A DNA stretch of 64,000 nt from Candidatus Uhrbacteria bacterium (lineage in GTDB: Bacteria; Patescibacteriota; Patescibacteriia; JACQRZ01), in NCBI GenBank assembly GCA_016206175.1, contig JACQSB010000028.1:2313-66312 (forward strand), written 5' to 3'. A program made the position numbers and the translations under genes. The stretch's first letter is position 1, and every line of letters begins with the position of its first letter. Under the pieces are notes generated by a model, which was not told the origin of the DNA, made no database searches, and worked only from the letters and a program-made list of their open reading frames with translations. Below are positions 27,091-35,697 of this stretch, piece by piece.

Positions 27091-28493
27091 TCCCTCGACC
27101 AGTATTCAAAAAAATTCATGACTGGCTTTGGGAGATCCCAAAGAGTTTTCGTGCCGACATGCGCGTGCCAGCGTGCGTGTATGCAACCGAGCACATGCTT
27201 GATGACATCCGTCGCGACCGATCAATGGATCAGCTGATCAATGTCGCAACGCTCCCCGGCATCCAACAATATGCACTCGCTATGCCTGACGCTCACGAGG
27301 GGTACGGTTTTCCGATCGGCGGTGTCGCTGCTATGGATGCCAGCGAGGGCGTGATCTCTCCTGGCGGAATCGGGTATGATGTCAACTGCGGGGTGCGGTT
27401 GTTGCGGTCCACGAAAACAATTGACCAGGTTCGTGAAAAAACAGATGCTCTCGCGTCGGCACTCTATCGTGATGTGCCGTCAGGAGTGGGGAGGGGGGGG
27501 CGTTTGATCTTGCGCGGCAACGATCTTGATGCCGTATTGCAACACGGCGCACATCGCATGGTGGAGCTCGGGTATGGAGAAAAAGCGGATTTGGAACATC
27601 TTGAGTCTACCGGACGTCTTGAGGATGCAGATCCATCGCTCGTGTCAGATACAGCAAAGAAACGCGGTGCGGATCAGCTTGGTACGATGGGGGCAGGGAA
27701 TCATTTTGTAGAAGTGCAGTATGTCGAGACGGTGTTTGATACAGCAGCCGCTGCACAACTTGGCTTGTTCGCGCGGCAGGTCGTTGTCATGATTCATACC
27801 GGTTCACGCGGACTAGGGCATCAGATTGCGACAGATTATATCCGCCTTATGATGAAAGTGATGCCCAAGTACGGCATCACTCTGCCGGATCGTGAACTTG
27901 CTTGCGCGCCATTTTCGTCTCCAGAAGGCCAGCAGTATTTTCATGCCATGGCAGCAGGCGCAAATTTCGCCTGGGCAAATCGGCAACTCATCACATGGGA
28001 AGTGCGGAAAAGCTGGCAAGAAGTAATGGGTAATACAGGTGGAGGCCTATCTGTCATCTATGATGTTGCCCATAATTTGGGTAAACTGGAAGATCATATC
28101 ATTAGCGGTGAGAAAAGACGCATGATTGTGCATCGGAAAGGTGCAACACGGGCATTTCCGGATCAGCCGGTACTGATCCCGGGAAGTATGGGCACTGCAT
28201 CGTATGTGCTCCTTGGCCTTCCGCAAGCAATGGAGCAAACATTTGGTTCGTCATGCCATGGCGCGGGCCGTCGAATGTCGCGCAGCCAAGCAAAACGGGA
28301 AGTGCGCGGATCGGAGCTGAAGCAAGAGATGAAAGCGCAGGGTATTGCTGTAGCTTCTGGATCTCTTTCGGGTCTTGCCGAGGAAGCGCCGGTGGCGTAT
28401 AAAGATGTTGACGAAGTCGTCGACGTGGTGCATGCGGCAGGCATTGCCAAAAAAGTCGCGTGTATGCGCCCGATCGCAGTAATAAAGGGATAA
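27087..28493 (+). CDS. rtcB: RNA-splicing ligase RtcB
   Basis: GYDVNCGVRLL, GSRGLGHQ, HNLG and CHGAGR motifs. ATGA overlap with thpR. Confidence 0.95.
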   Translation: MIPRPVFKKIHDWLWEIPKSFRADMRVPACVYATEHMLDDIRRDRSMDQLINVATLPGIQQYALAMPDAHEGYGFPIGGVAAMDASEGVISPGGIGYDVNCGVRLLRSTKTIDQVREKTDALASALYRDVPSGVGRGGRLILRGNDLDAVLQHGAHRMVELGYGEKADLEHLESTGRLEDADPSLVSDTAKKRGADQLGTMGAGNHFVEVQYVETVFDTAAAAQLGLFARQVVVMIHTGSRGLGHQIATDYIRLMMKVMPKYGITLPDRELACAPFSSPEGQQYFHAMAAGANFAWANRQLITWEVRKSWQEVMGNTGGGLSVIYDVAHNLGKLEDHIISGEKRRMIVHRKGATRAFPDQPVLIPGSMGTASYVLLGLPQAMEQTFGSSCHGAGRRMSRSQAKREVRGSELKQEMKAQGIAVASGSLSGLAEEAPVAYKDVDEVVDVVHAAGIAKKVACMRPIAVIKG

Positions 28494-28508
28494 TATCCTA
28501 TATTCCCT

Positions 28509-29228
28509 ATGCCAGAACTCGGATATCCTCAAAATGATTTTATCAAAGCCGTGAAGCGGGAAGTGGGTAAGCTTCCAGCCGGGCACGAATGGCTGGCGAC
28601 AAGCGCATTGAGCGGCATATATGATCGGGATCTCAAGGGAATGCTTGGCTCCGGACAAGAATGCATTGTTGTACGTGATCCGTCTGGCAAGCGAGATACG
28701 ATCGCCGTTGCCTTTAATTATCGGGATAAAGAAATGACGCCGGAGAAGGCGAAGGGCATTTTTTATTTACAGCGTATTTTTTCAACATTATTTCCGCATA
28801 ATTTTCCGCATTTTTATTTTGCCGCAGGGAAGCCTGAAAAATCAAAACGAGAAAAAGATGCCATTGCCCCGACCGGCACGATCCGCCAACGAATCGCTAA
28901 ATTGAAACCCGGCGAGCATGGGTATAATGCAGATCCGATAATACGTTATCCCTTTGATAGAGTTGAGGAGATATGCAGACAACAATTTCATATCTACATA
29001 GATGCTGATGTTTATCTCGAAAATTTTATCATCGGTGCGGATGGGGGCGAATATTATGTTGATACTCTTTGGCCAGAAGAATACGAAGGCAAATTTACAT
29101 CAAATGTTACAGAGAGAATAATACATTACATGAAAACTGGCCACTATACGGAAAATGAAATTTCGGTTGTTAAAAAAAGCATCGCTCGATTTCGCGAATT
29201 GTGGGACAGCAGCAAAGAGGAGAGATAA
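28509..29228 (+). CDS. Hypothetical protein with protein-kinase-like motif spacing
   Basis: It has a G-loop-like GSGQECIVV and DVYLEN (D-x4-N), followed by VDT with the Asp 13 residues after the Asn. There is no clear VAIK lysine. Confidence 0.6.
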   Translation: MPELGYPQNDFIKAVKREVGKLPAGHEWLATSALSGIYDRDLKGMLGSGQECIVVRDPSGKRDTIAVAFNYRDKEMTPEKAKGIFYLQRIFSTLFPHNFPHFYFAAGKPEKSKREKDAIAPTGTIRQRIAKLKPGEHGYNADPIIRYPFDRVEEICRQQFHIYIDADVYLENFIIGADGGEYYVDTLWPEEYEGKFTSNVTERIIHYMKTGHYTENEISVVKKSIARFRELWDSSKEER

Positions 29229-29258
29229 AAAAAGCAACCCCGACAAAGCGCCGGGGCG
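29227..29258 (-). terminator. Weak terminator for the minus-strand orphan gene
   Basis: CCCCG and CGGGG form a stem (29238-29256) followed on the minus strand by TTGCTTTTTTT. Confidence 0.4.
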
Positions 29259-29314
29259 TAGTGAGCAGATGATTTGAAGTCCTTGCCGATTGTCTAGCGG
29301 ACGCGCGCGAGGGG

Positions 29315-30091
29315 TCAGTATGGCCCCCAGCCGGAGCGCATGATGCTCACCCCGCGTGGCGTGACCAGGATCGCGTCGCAGCCGTAAAACGGCTGGTTAA
29401 TGATGTCCTGCACGCCACCGAAGAAGTCGTCTTGCGTCCGACGGTACATCTCCGCGAATGCCCATGCGAAAAGCTGGGCGTACACCGGCGAAAGGATGAA
29501 CGTGAGCGGCTGCTCCGGTCCGAGACGATCGCAAGCTTCGAATTCAACGAGGTGCTTCAGGAGAGCAGTAATGACATCCTCCAGGTACCACTGGAACGTC
29601 GTCTTGCTATTGATCCTGCAGCCCCCATGGCTGCTATCGAGGTGCTCCGCGAGGATCGAGCGTCGCGTCTCGCCCCAGATCACTTGCTCGTGCCGGCCAC
29701 TCCAGCCACCATTGTGATTGAAGGCGCCGAGTTCGGGGAGCACGACATGCTTGATGATCCCTGAAAATTCCAGTTTTCCCATCGTCTGTACTGCATATTC
29801 CGTAAGTGGCACGACGATCACCCCTGGTCTGCGGAAGCTGCTACTCTCCATCCACCCCCAGTTCGCGTAGTCGATCTGCCGTTGGGCTTCGCCGCCGATG
29901 ACACGGCGGGTATCTAGCTCGCGTACTCGCATGTGTTCGTATTGCGGTTCTTCCTGCAGATCCCATGGCTCCATCGTTTCCGGAGCCACGATCACCAGTA
30001 TGCTCTTGCTCGGAATGAGCTGCGCGAGCCCCTCGAGTTTTCCCTTTGCCAAGGTGTCCTGAGTCAGGATCTTTCGAGCCTTGTGACTCAT
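29315..30091 (-). CDS. Hypothetical 258-aa protein (GC-richer orphan)
   Basis: The internal ATG 30091 is preceded by AAGGAAGG; the track start is 30139. No family was recognised. Confidence 0.6.
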   Translation of the reverse strand: MSHKARKILTQDTLAKGKLEGLAQLIPSKSILVIVAPETMEPWDLQEEPQYEHMRVRELDTRRVIGGEAQRQIDYANWGWMESSSFRRPGVIVVPLTEYAVQTMGKLEFSGIIKHVVLPELGAFNHNGGWSGRHEQVIWGETRRSILAEHLDSSHGGCRINSKTTFQWYLEDVITALLKHLVEFEACDRLGPEQPLTFILSPVYAQLFAWAFAEMYRRTQDDFFGGVQDIINQPFYGCDAILVTPRGVSIMRSGWGPY

Positions 30092-30239
30092 GGTGTCCTT
30101 CCTTTCTCTATATGTGTTTCCTATCTCTACCGAGTCCATGAGATATTTCCAATCCCATCAACTCGATAGAGATAACATTCAAATCATCTGTTTGTAAGGA
30201 ACAGTAATGTGCTACAGACGCTACGCTTAATTTCTATTG

Positions 30240-30261
30240 CTGTCAAAAAAAAATTTGACAG
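30240..30261. promoter_or_regulatory. Perfect palindrome CTGTCAAA-A6-TTTGACAG in a divergent promoter region
   Basis: Read directly. It lies 5 nt upstream of the -35 box of the 30319 gene. Confidence 0.4.
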
Positions 30262-30265
30262 TCGA

Positions 30266-30294
30266 TTGACATTATTCATGTGCCGAACCATAAT
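30266..30294 (+). promoter_or_regulatory. Sigma70-like promoter (TTGACA-17 nt-CATAAT)
   Basis: The hexamers and spacing were counted directly. The site is 25 nt upstream of ATG 30319. Confidence 0.5.
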
Positions 30295-30318
30295 TGTGAA
30301 GAATAATTACCTTTTGAT

Positions 30319-32613
30319 ATGATCCGTACGAGGAACCTCCTCTTTTTTTGCATGAGTATCGCAATACTTTTTGCCTACTCAACAGGCGGTGTTTTTGCAA
30401 GCGGGAAGCCGGGGTGGGGTTCATGGTCTACCGAAAAAGGGCCACATACGGTGCGATTCGACGGGTCTCTTTCTGATTCACTTTATGGCATCGTGAAGTA
30501 TGGAACAACCATTCAGATGGAGCGGGAAGCGAAGAGTAAGACGAAAAATAAGACTCAATCTGTTCTTCTCCAGAACCTACAGCCAAACACAGTATATTAT
30601 TACATTCTCGGCGTTGAAGATGATAATGGTGTGCGTACCATGGCAGAGACTGCCGATACCTTTACCACGACAGCCGAAGGCAAACCCGAAATCCCTGAAA
30701 AAGAAGTATATCCAGCTGGAACCATTCCTGTCGGCATTACCATAAAACTTCCGGGGCCATCGTATACGCCCATCAATGAGCTCGAATCAAGCACTCTCAA
30801 AATGCCGAACATCAATCGAGTCGACCTTACAGTGAACTCTGATTCTGCACGCGCAACGTGTTCGATTACCAGTGCTGCTTCAAAGGATGATTGGGTGGCA
30901 TCGCAAATAGAGTACGGACTTGCCGCAGATAAGCAGCCGTTCCAGGAGCAGTTTAATTGGGGCTTTAGAGAGTCATGGTGTAAACGGGAAGCTCTCCTGA
31001 AAGGGTTGCCAAGCAACTCTTCAATCTTTTTCCGGATTTTTGCCGCCTATCGAAAGTATGATGGTGTTGATATACAGGCGTATTCCCGGCCGGTATCTTT
31101 TCAGACGCCTGAAAAAGGAGGCGCTGCCGTCAGCCTGTCATTTACCGATATTGATGCTCCCCGCATTATCGATACGTTGTTGGTTCGAGAGGCGCGCTCC
31201 GCTGTGCTTTCGTTTAAGACAACACGGCCGGCATCAGTATGGGGATCGTATTCGAAACAACCGGCAATCAATGGAGAATATCAAGAAGTAGACGGTGTGA
31301 TCCCCCGCGGATCATTATCACTGACTCATCGTTTTGTGTTTGAAGATCTTAAAGAGGATTCTGTATACCCGCTTGAACTATGGGTAGAAGATGAAAAAGG
31401 CGCCGGCATTCGTCTTACGTTCAACATGCAGACCCGACCGCTTGATCCAACACTTGACACTCAAGACTCGAACAAATTCCAATTTGATTCCACACGGCAA
31501 AGCCTTCGTCCAGTTCCGGGAAAAACGCCACCCTACGAAGAGCGAACCATACCGAAAGGAAGCCCGGTCAAGTTAAGCTGGGAAAGTTCTGGCAGTGGGT
31601 GCGAAGCCCGCGGTGCATGGAGTGGAGCAAAACCTGCAAAAGGATCAGCAGTGATAACACCACAAGAAACGGGGACCTATGAGATGCGTTGTATCGTGAA
31701 TGGCATTGAACGAAGGAAATCAATCTCATTGACAGTAGTGGATCCTCCTGATTTTACGTTTACTGTTTCAAAAGGTGAACTTGCAGCTGATGGGAAATTG
31801 CCCATAGCCCTTGAGTGGGATGCGTCTTTTATGGAGACATGTTTTGCATCAAATAAGGGTGCCTATTTTGAACAACTGCCCAAGACATGGACGGCAACTC
31901 CACTCGCGCTGAAGGGGAGTGAGCGATTCTTTGCCGCAAATTATTCGATGGAATTTAGCCTCGAATGTACATGGCACAGTGCGCCGTACGCAAAGCGCGT
32001 GAGTATTCCTGCGACTTCGAAGCCTGGCAGCAGTGCATCGGCGCAGAGCACATCGACTCCCGCCAAAGAACCAAAAGTCACTGCATCTTCGACATCAACA
32101 CCACCTACTCAATTTCAGTCCTCCACACCCACGGAACTTCCTCCAGGGGCTTTTCCGCCGCCGCATTTTTACAACTTTTCTTTTCCACCCGGCACGTTCC
32201 CACCGTTGCCTGAAACAGCTCAACCACCTTTTTCGCGACCTGCATTTGGCAGTCTCGGTGGAAGTATACAGCAAGGTGACCAACCGAAAACTTTAAATCC
32301 AAAGAAGGTATCGACAACAAAGACCAAAAACGGCAGTAATGCACCAGCAACAAAAAAGAAACCAGTTCTTACATTTACTGCCACGAAGTATAAGGTAAAA
32401 CCAAAGGAGAAATTTACCTTGAGCTGGAATGCGCCGGGATATACATCGTGTTTATTGTTAAGCGGAGAAGGCGATATCATTTCTGACGCAATGAAACAAA
32501 AAGGTTCGTTGACGCTTACTCAAGCAGATACAACGGTGGACTACTTGTTGCAGTGTTTTAAGAAAAAGAAGTATGTTTCGAAAAAAATAACCATCACATT
32601 GTCGAAGCCTTGA
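30319..32613 (+). CDS. Secreted/surface repeat protein (764 aa) with beta-rich modules, a Pro-rich linker and three two-Cys modules
   Basis: Signal peptide (LFFCMSIAILFAYSTGGVFASG), a Pro/Ser/Thr-rich stretch and repeated SW..(x)C...C modules. Confidence 0.8.
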   Translation: MIRTRNLLFFCMSIAILFAYSTGGVFASGKPGWGSWSTEKGPHTVRFDGSLSDSLYGIVKYGTTIQMEREAKSKTKNKTQSVLLQNLQPNTVYYYILGVEDDNGVRTMAETADTFTTTAEGKPEIPEKEVYPAGTIPVGITIKLPGPSYTPINELESSTLKMPNINRVDLTVNSDSARATCSITSAASKDDWVASQIEYGLAADKQPFQEQFNWGFRESWCKREALLKGLPSNSSIFFRIFAAYRKYDGVDIQAYSRPVSFQTPEKGGAAVSLSFTDIDAPRIIDTLLVREARSAVLSFKTTRPASVWGSYSKQPAINGEYQEVDGVIPRGSLSLTHRFVFEDLKEDSVYPLELWVEDEKGAGIRLTFNMQTRPLDPTLDTQDSNKFQFDSTRQSLRPVPGKTPPYEERTIPKGSPVKLSWESSGSGCEARGAWSGAKPAKGSAVITPQETGTYEMRCIVNGIERRKSISLTVVDPPDFTFTVSKGELAADGKLPIALEWDASFMETCFASNKGAYFEQLPKTWTATPLALKGSERFFAANYSMEFSLECTWHSAPYAKRVSIPATSKPGSSASAQSTSTPAKEPKVTASSTSTPPTQFQSSTPTELPPGAFPPPHFYNFSFPPGTFPPLPETAQPPFSRPAFGSLGGSIQQGDQPKTLNPKKVSTTKTKNGSNAPATKKKPVLTFTATKYKVKPKEKFTLSWNAPGYTSCLLLSGEGDIISDAMKQKGSLTLTQADTTVDYLLQCFKKKKYVSKKITITLSKP

Positions 32614-32657
32614 CAGCGCATAGCGATTTGGTATCATATAATTATTGTACTTCACAA

Positions 32658-32778
32658 TCGATGCTATCAAGAGTCCGGCGAGGGAACTGGCCCTATGACC
32701 CGGCGACAACCCTACGTGTTTGCGCAAGCAGATAACAGAAGGTGTCAATTCCAGCCCGAAAGGGAAAGATACCATGGT
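32658..32778 (+). promoter_or_regulatory. SAM-I (S-box) riboswitch aptamer
   Basis: CTATCAAGAG-TCCGGC-GAGGGA-ACTGGCCC-TATGACCCGGCGACAACC...GGTGTCAATTCCAGC...GAAAGATACC matches the S-box consensus blocks. It lies upstream of metK. Confidence 0.9.
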
Positions 32779-32799
32779 GCCATTCTTATCGAATGAAAC

Positions 32800-32834
32800 A
32801 AAGGCCTTTCCTTGTTAGAGGAAAGGCCTTTTTG
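32800..32834 (+). terminator. Riboswitch expression-platform terminator
   Basis: A 12-bp stem (AAAGGCCTTTCC and GGAAAGGCCTTT) with an 8-nt loop and a T-run. Confidence 0.8.
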
Positions 32835-32887
32835 ATTTATTATTAAAAAAGCTAACAGTGAAAAACTGAAAGCTATAAATTATTGGT

Positions 32888-33982
32888 ATGATGTACAACG
32901 ACCGCAATTCGTACACAGTAGAGAGTGTGACCTCCGGTCATCCCGATAAAATTTGCGATCAGATCTCTGACGCAGTACTCGATGAGTGCTTGAAGCAGGA
33001 TCCTTATTCACGGGTCGCTGTTGAAACCTTTGGTTGCCATGGGCTGCTTGTCGTTGGAGGTGAGTTGACCAGTTCCGCGAAAGTTGACTTTGAAGCAGTC
33101 GCGCGAGGAGTATATCGCGATATCGGGCATGATGGTGATCTGGAGGTCAAAACGCGTGTGGTGCAACAGTCGCCGGATATCGCGCAAGGAGTGGATACCG
33201 GCGGTGCCGGAGATCAGGGCATCATGTACGGCTACGCAACAGATGAGACGCCGGAGTATTTGCCAAGCGCAGTGGTGAAAGTGCACGAGCTTGCCCGCGG
33301 CTTGGAACACTTGCGGCGTACCAACCCTCTTTTTTCTTGGGTAAAACCGGATGGTAAGACGCAGGTTACCATGCGTGATGGCCGGATTGCTACGGTATTG
33401 ATCAGCACCCAGCATGATGAGGCGATAGACCAAGCAGCGATCAAAGAGCTTTTGACAGAACATCTTATCAAACCAACAATCGGGGATCTTGGCGGTATCG
33501 AAATCCTGGTAAATCCGACCGGCAAATTTGTGCTCGGTGGATTTGACGCCGATGCGGGGCTTACGGGCCGTAAGCTCATGGTGGATACGTATGGAGGGTT
33601 GATCCCCCATGGCGGCGGTGCGTTCTCCGGGAAGGACGCGACAAAAGTGGATCGTTCTGCGGCATATATGGCGCGCTTTGCGGCGAAAAATGTAGTGGCA
33701 AATGGGTATGCAAAACGATGCCTGGTGTCAGTGGCATACGCGATTGGCCGTGTAGAGCCGTTGATGGTGGAAGCAGTAAATGAAAATGGCGAGAGCATTG
33801 CGGATGTGGTGCAAGAGAAATTTGATTTTCGCCCTCGCGCAATCATTGACCGGCTTGGATTGCGGCGGCCGGTGTATCGCTCCACCGCGGCATACGGACA
33901 TTTTACGGATGTACATGCGCCGTGGGAGCAGGTAACTGATTTATCTGCCGTGAGTGTAAATGAGAAAGTCGCGGTTTTATAA
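32888..33982 (+). CDS. metK: S-adenosylmethionine synthase
   Basis: GHPDKICDQISDAVLD, GAGDQGIMYGYA and GGGAFSGKD motifs. Confidence 0.95.
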   Translation: MMYNDRNSYTVESVTSGHPDKICDQISDAVLDECLKQDPYSRVAVETFGCHGLLVVGGELTSSAKVDFEAVARGVYRDIGHDGDLEVKTRVVQQSPDIAQGVDTGGAGDQGIMYGYATDETPEYLPSAVVKVHELARGLEHLRRTNPLFSWVKPDGKTQVTMRDGRIATVLISTQHDEAIDQAAIKELLTEHLIKPTIGDLGGIEILVNPTGKFVLGGFDADAGLTGRKLMVDTYGGLIPHGGGAFSGKDATKVDRSAAYMARFAAKNVVANGYAKRCLVSVAYAIGRVEPLMVEAVNENGESIADVVQEKFDFRPRAIIDRLGLRRPVYRSTAAYGHFTDVHAPWEQVTDLSAVSVNEKVAVL

Positions 33983-34243
33983 ATGATAACATTCCGGTCT
34001 CGCGTAGTACGGATCGTACGACGCATCCCTTCGGGATCGACTCTTACCTATGGTGAGGTCGCGCGTCGCGCAGGCAATCCTCACGCAGCCCGAGCCGTCG
34101 GCGCGATTTTACGTACCAATTATGACCCAGCGATTCCATGTCATCGGGTGATACGCGCAGATGGCGGTATCGGAGGATACAATCGTGGGATCAGAAAGAA
34201 AAAAGAGCTTTTGCGCTATGAGCGTGGCGGCAGTACTTCATAA
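33983..34243 (+). CDS. MGMT-family (methylated-DNA-protein-cysteine methyltransferase C-terminal domain) protein
   Basis: 86 aa with the IPCHRVI active-site motif and a helix-turn-helix (TYGEVARRAG). Confidence 0.8.
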   Translation: MITFRSRVVRIVRRIPSGSTLTYGEVARRAGNPHAARAVGAILRTNYDPAIPCHRVIRADGGIGGYNRGIRKKKELLRYERGGSTS

Positions 34244-34694
34244 TATCCGCAGCGCGTACAATGTCGGCTCGATATTTCGCACCGCGGACGGGGCGGGCAT
34301 TGAGCGTCTTTATTTGTGTGGTATTACACCCGATCCTGTTGATCGGTTTGGCAGAGCAGTATCAAAAATTTCTAAAGTTGCCTTGGGAGCTGAAAAAAAT
34401 GTGTCATGGAAGCATTATGAATCTACGGGACGCTGTATTGCATTTTTGAAAAAACAAGGGTACCGTGTGTTTGCGATCGAGAGGAATCGCAATTCAGTTC
34501 TTTACACATCTGTTACTATCAATAAAGGCGAGGATATCGCCTTGGTACTAGGCAATGAAGTCGAAGGGTTACCTGACACTATCTTGAAACTAGCAGACGC
34601 AATACTGGAAATTCCAATGCATGGCAGCAAAGAGTCGCTCAATGTTGCGGTTGCATTCGGGATTGCGGTATACAAATTGGTGGAGAGGGGATAA
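34218..34694 (+). CDS. SpoU/TrmH-family RNA 2'-O-methyltransferase
   Basis: NVGSIFRTADGAG, LVLGNEVEGL and IPMHGSKESLNVAVA motifs. The start is placed at the internal ATG 34218. Confidence 0.8.
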   Translation: MSVAAVLHNIRSAYNVGSIFRTADGAGIERLYLCGITPDPVDRFGRAVSKISKVALGAEKNVSWKHYESTGRCIAFLKKQGYRVFAIERNRNSVLYTSVTINKGEDIALVLGNEVEGLPDTILKLADAILEIPMHGSKESLNVAVAFGIAVYKLVERG

Positions 34695-34696
34695 GC

Positions 34697-34966
34697 ATGC
34701 GTTGGTTCGAAAACAGGATCGACATCACCGTGTCAATTGTGGTCGTTGCGATCACATGGTTCGCCGGCGCGAACATGGCAAGTCTTAAAGGCGAAAGAGA
34801 ACCTATCTGGAACGGCAAAGTCGTGCTCGAGCTTGAGCTGGATGCGGTGATAAAACCGGCAAAGCCGAAGGTAAGCCCTTCGCATCAGGTGCCGCAGCCG
34901 CCGCCTCTCAAGCAGCCCATCGACGAAGAGTTGGCGAAAAGAGTCGCAGCTCTTCAGACTAGGTGA
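34697..34966 (+). CDS. Hypothetical 89-aa N-terminally anchored protein with Pro-rich tail
   Basis: The ATG is 2 nt after the trmH stop. It has one TM helix (ITVSIVVVAITWFAGA). Confidence 0.5.
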   Translation: MRWFENRIDITVSIVVVAITWFAGANMASLKGEREPIWNGKVVLELELDAVIKPAKPKVSPSHQVPQPPPLKQPIDEELAKRVAALQTR

Positions 34967-34970
34967 CCCA

Positions 34971-35297
34971 GTGAGCGCAGCAGAGCACTGCCTCGGCAGG
35001 ATCATGCGGAAGGACGGCAAGGTTCACGGGATCTTCGTCATCGAACACAGCGGAAACTTTGTTTTCACCGCCGCATTTGTTGAGTTTTTCGACAGCGGCA
35101 GAGCGAAGATCAAGGTCAGGGATAGGCGAGTATTCCTCGAAATCCCGTTTCTCGGTAAGGCCGTTGAAATCTTCGGCTCTGCTGACGATCGGGAAGAGCT
35201 TGCGGCAATGCTCGCGGACACATCCATCACATGGTTTGCATTCGCCAAACCACTGAATCTGTTGGAAATACAGCTCATTGTTGGAAGAAAGGAATGA
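34971..35297 (+). CDS. Hypothetical protein (108 aa from GTG 34971, or 97 aa from ATG 35004)
   Basis: It is tightly packed between same-strand neighbours (4-nt gaps on both sides). A competing antisense ORF exists. Confidence 0.4.
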   Translation: MSAAEHCLGRIMRKDGKVHGIFVIEHSGNFVFTAAFVEFFDSGRAKIKVRDRRVFLEIPFLGKAVEIFGSADDREELAAMLADTSITWFAFAKPLNLLEIQLIVGRKE

Positions 35298-35301
35298 TAG
35301 G

Positions 35302-35517
35302 ATGGAAGTATTGGTCATTTTCGAGAAAGAGCAGTGGGATTCCGTCATGGCTTCGTTGGAAAGTATGGGCTTTCAACGTTTTGCCGGCTATCAAGGCGGC
35401 GTGGGGGACTCAACCCATATCCATGGCGTCATTCCCGACGAACGTTTCGACTCGATACGGAGTATCAAGGGGGTCGAAAATGTCGAAAACACGGACGATC
35501 TCGACTACTACGAGTAG
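35302..35517 (+). CDS. Hypothetical 71-aa acidic protein
   Basis: ATG 35302 is preceded by a purine-rich GGAAGAAAGGAATGATAGG. No family was recognised. Confidence 0.5.
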   Translation: MEVLVIFEKEQWDSVMASLESMGFQRFAGYQGGVGDSTHIHGVIPDERFDSIRSIKGVENVENTDDLDYYE

Positions 35518-35589
35518 GGAGCGACAGATGTATTGCAGACCGCCTGGCGGCCATTCCGCTGGGCTTTTTTAATTGTGGATAACTTTCAC

Positions 35590-35617
35590 TTGACTGATAT
35601 ACACAGGTATATATAAT
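35590..35617 (+). promoter_or_regulatory. Sigma70-like promoter (TTGACT-16 nt-TATAAT) inside a 520-bp non-coding gap
   Basis: The hexamers and spacing were counted directly. Confidence 0.4.
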
Positions 35618-35697
35618 AATGTTCAGATTAGAGGTGTAGGCGAAAAAATAACGTATGAAATACAGAACAACTCAACAGGTTATTGCAGTAACAAAAA

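Noticed and set aside
33232-34026. A 264-aa minus-strand ORF.
   Set aside because: It is entirely antisense to the clearly identified metK, and its product is a Ser/Arg/Thr/Pro-rich nonsense-like sequence.
34959-35348. A 129-aa minus-strand Cys-rich ORF (CKPCDGCVREHC...CC) antisense to the plus-strand ORF 34971-35297.
   Set aside because: The plus-strand reading fits a tightly packed same-strand operon, with 2-4 nt gaps to both neighbours. The minus ORF would also overlap the start of the 35302 gene. GC-rich DNA often yields long antisense ORFs. This is not fully excluded; see the findings.
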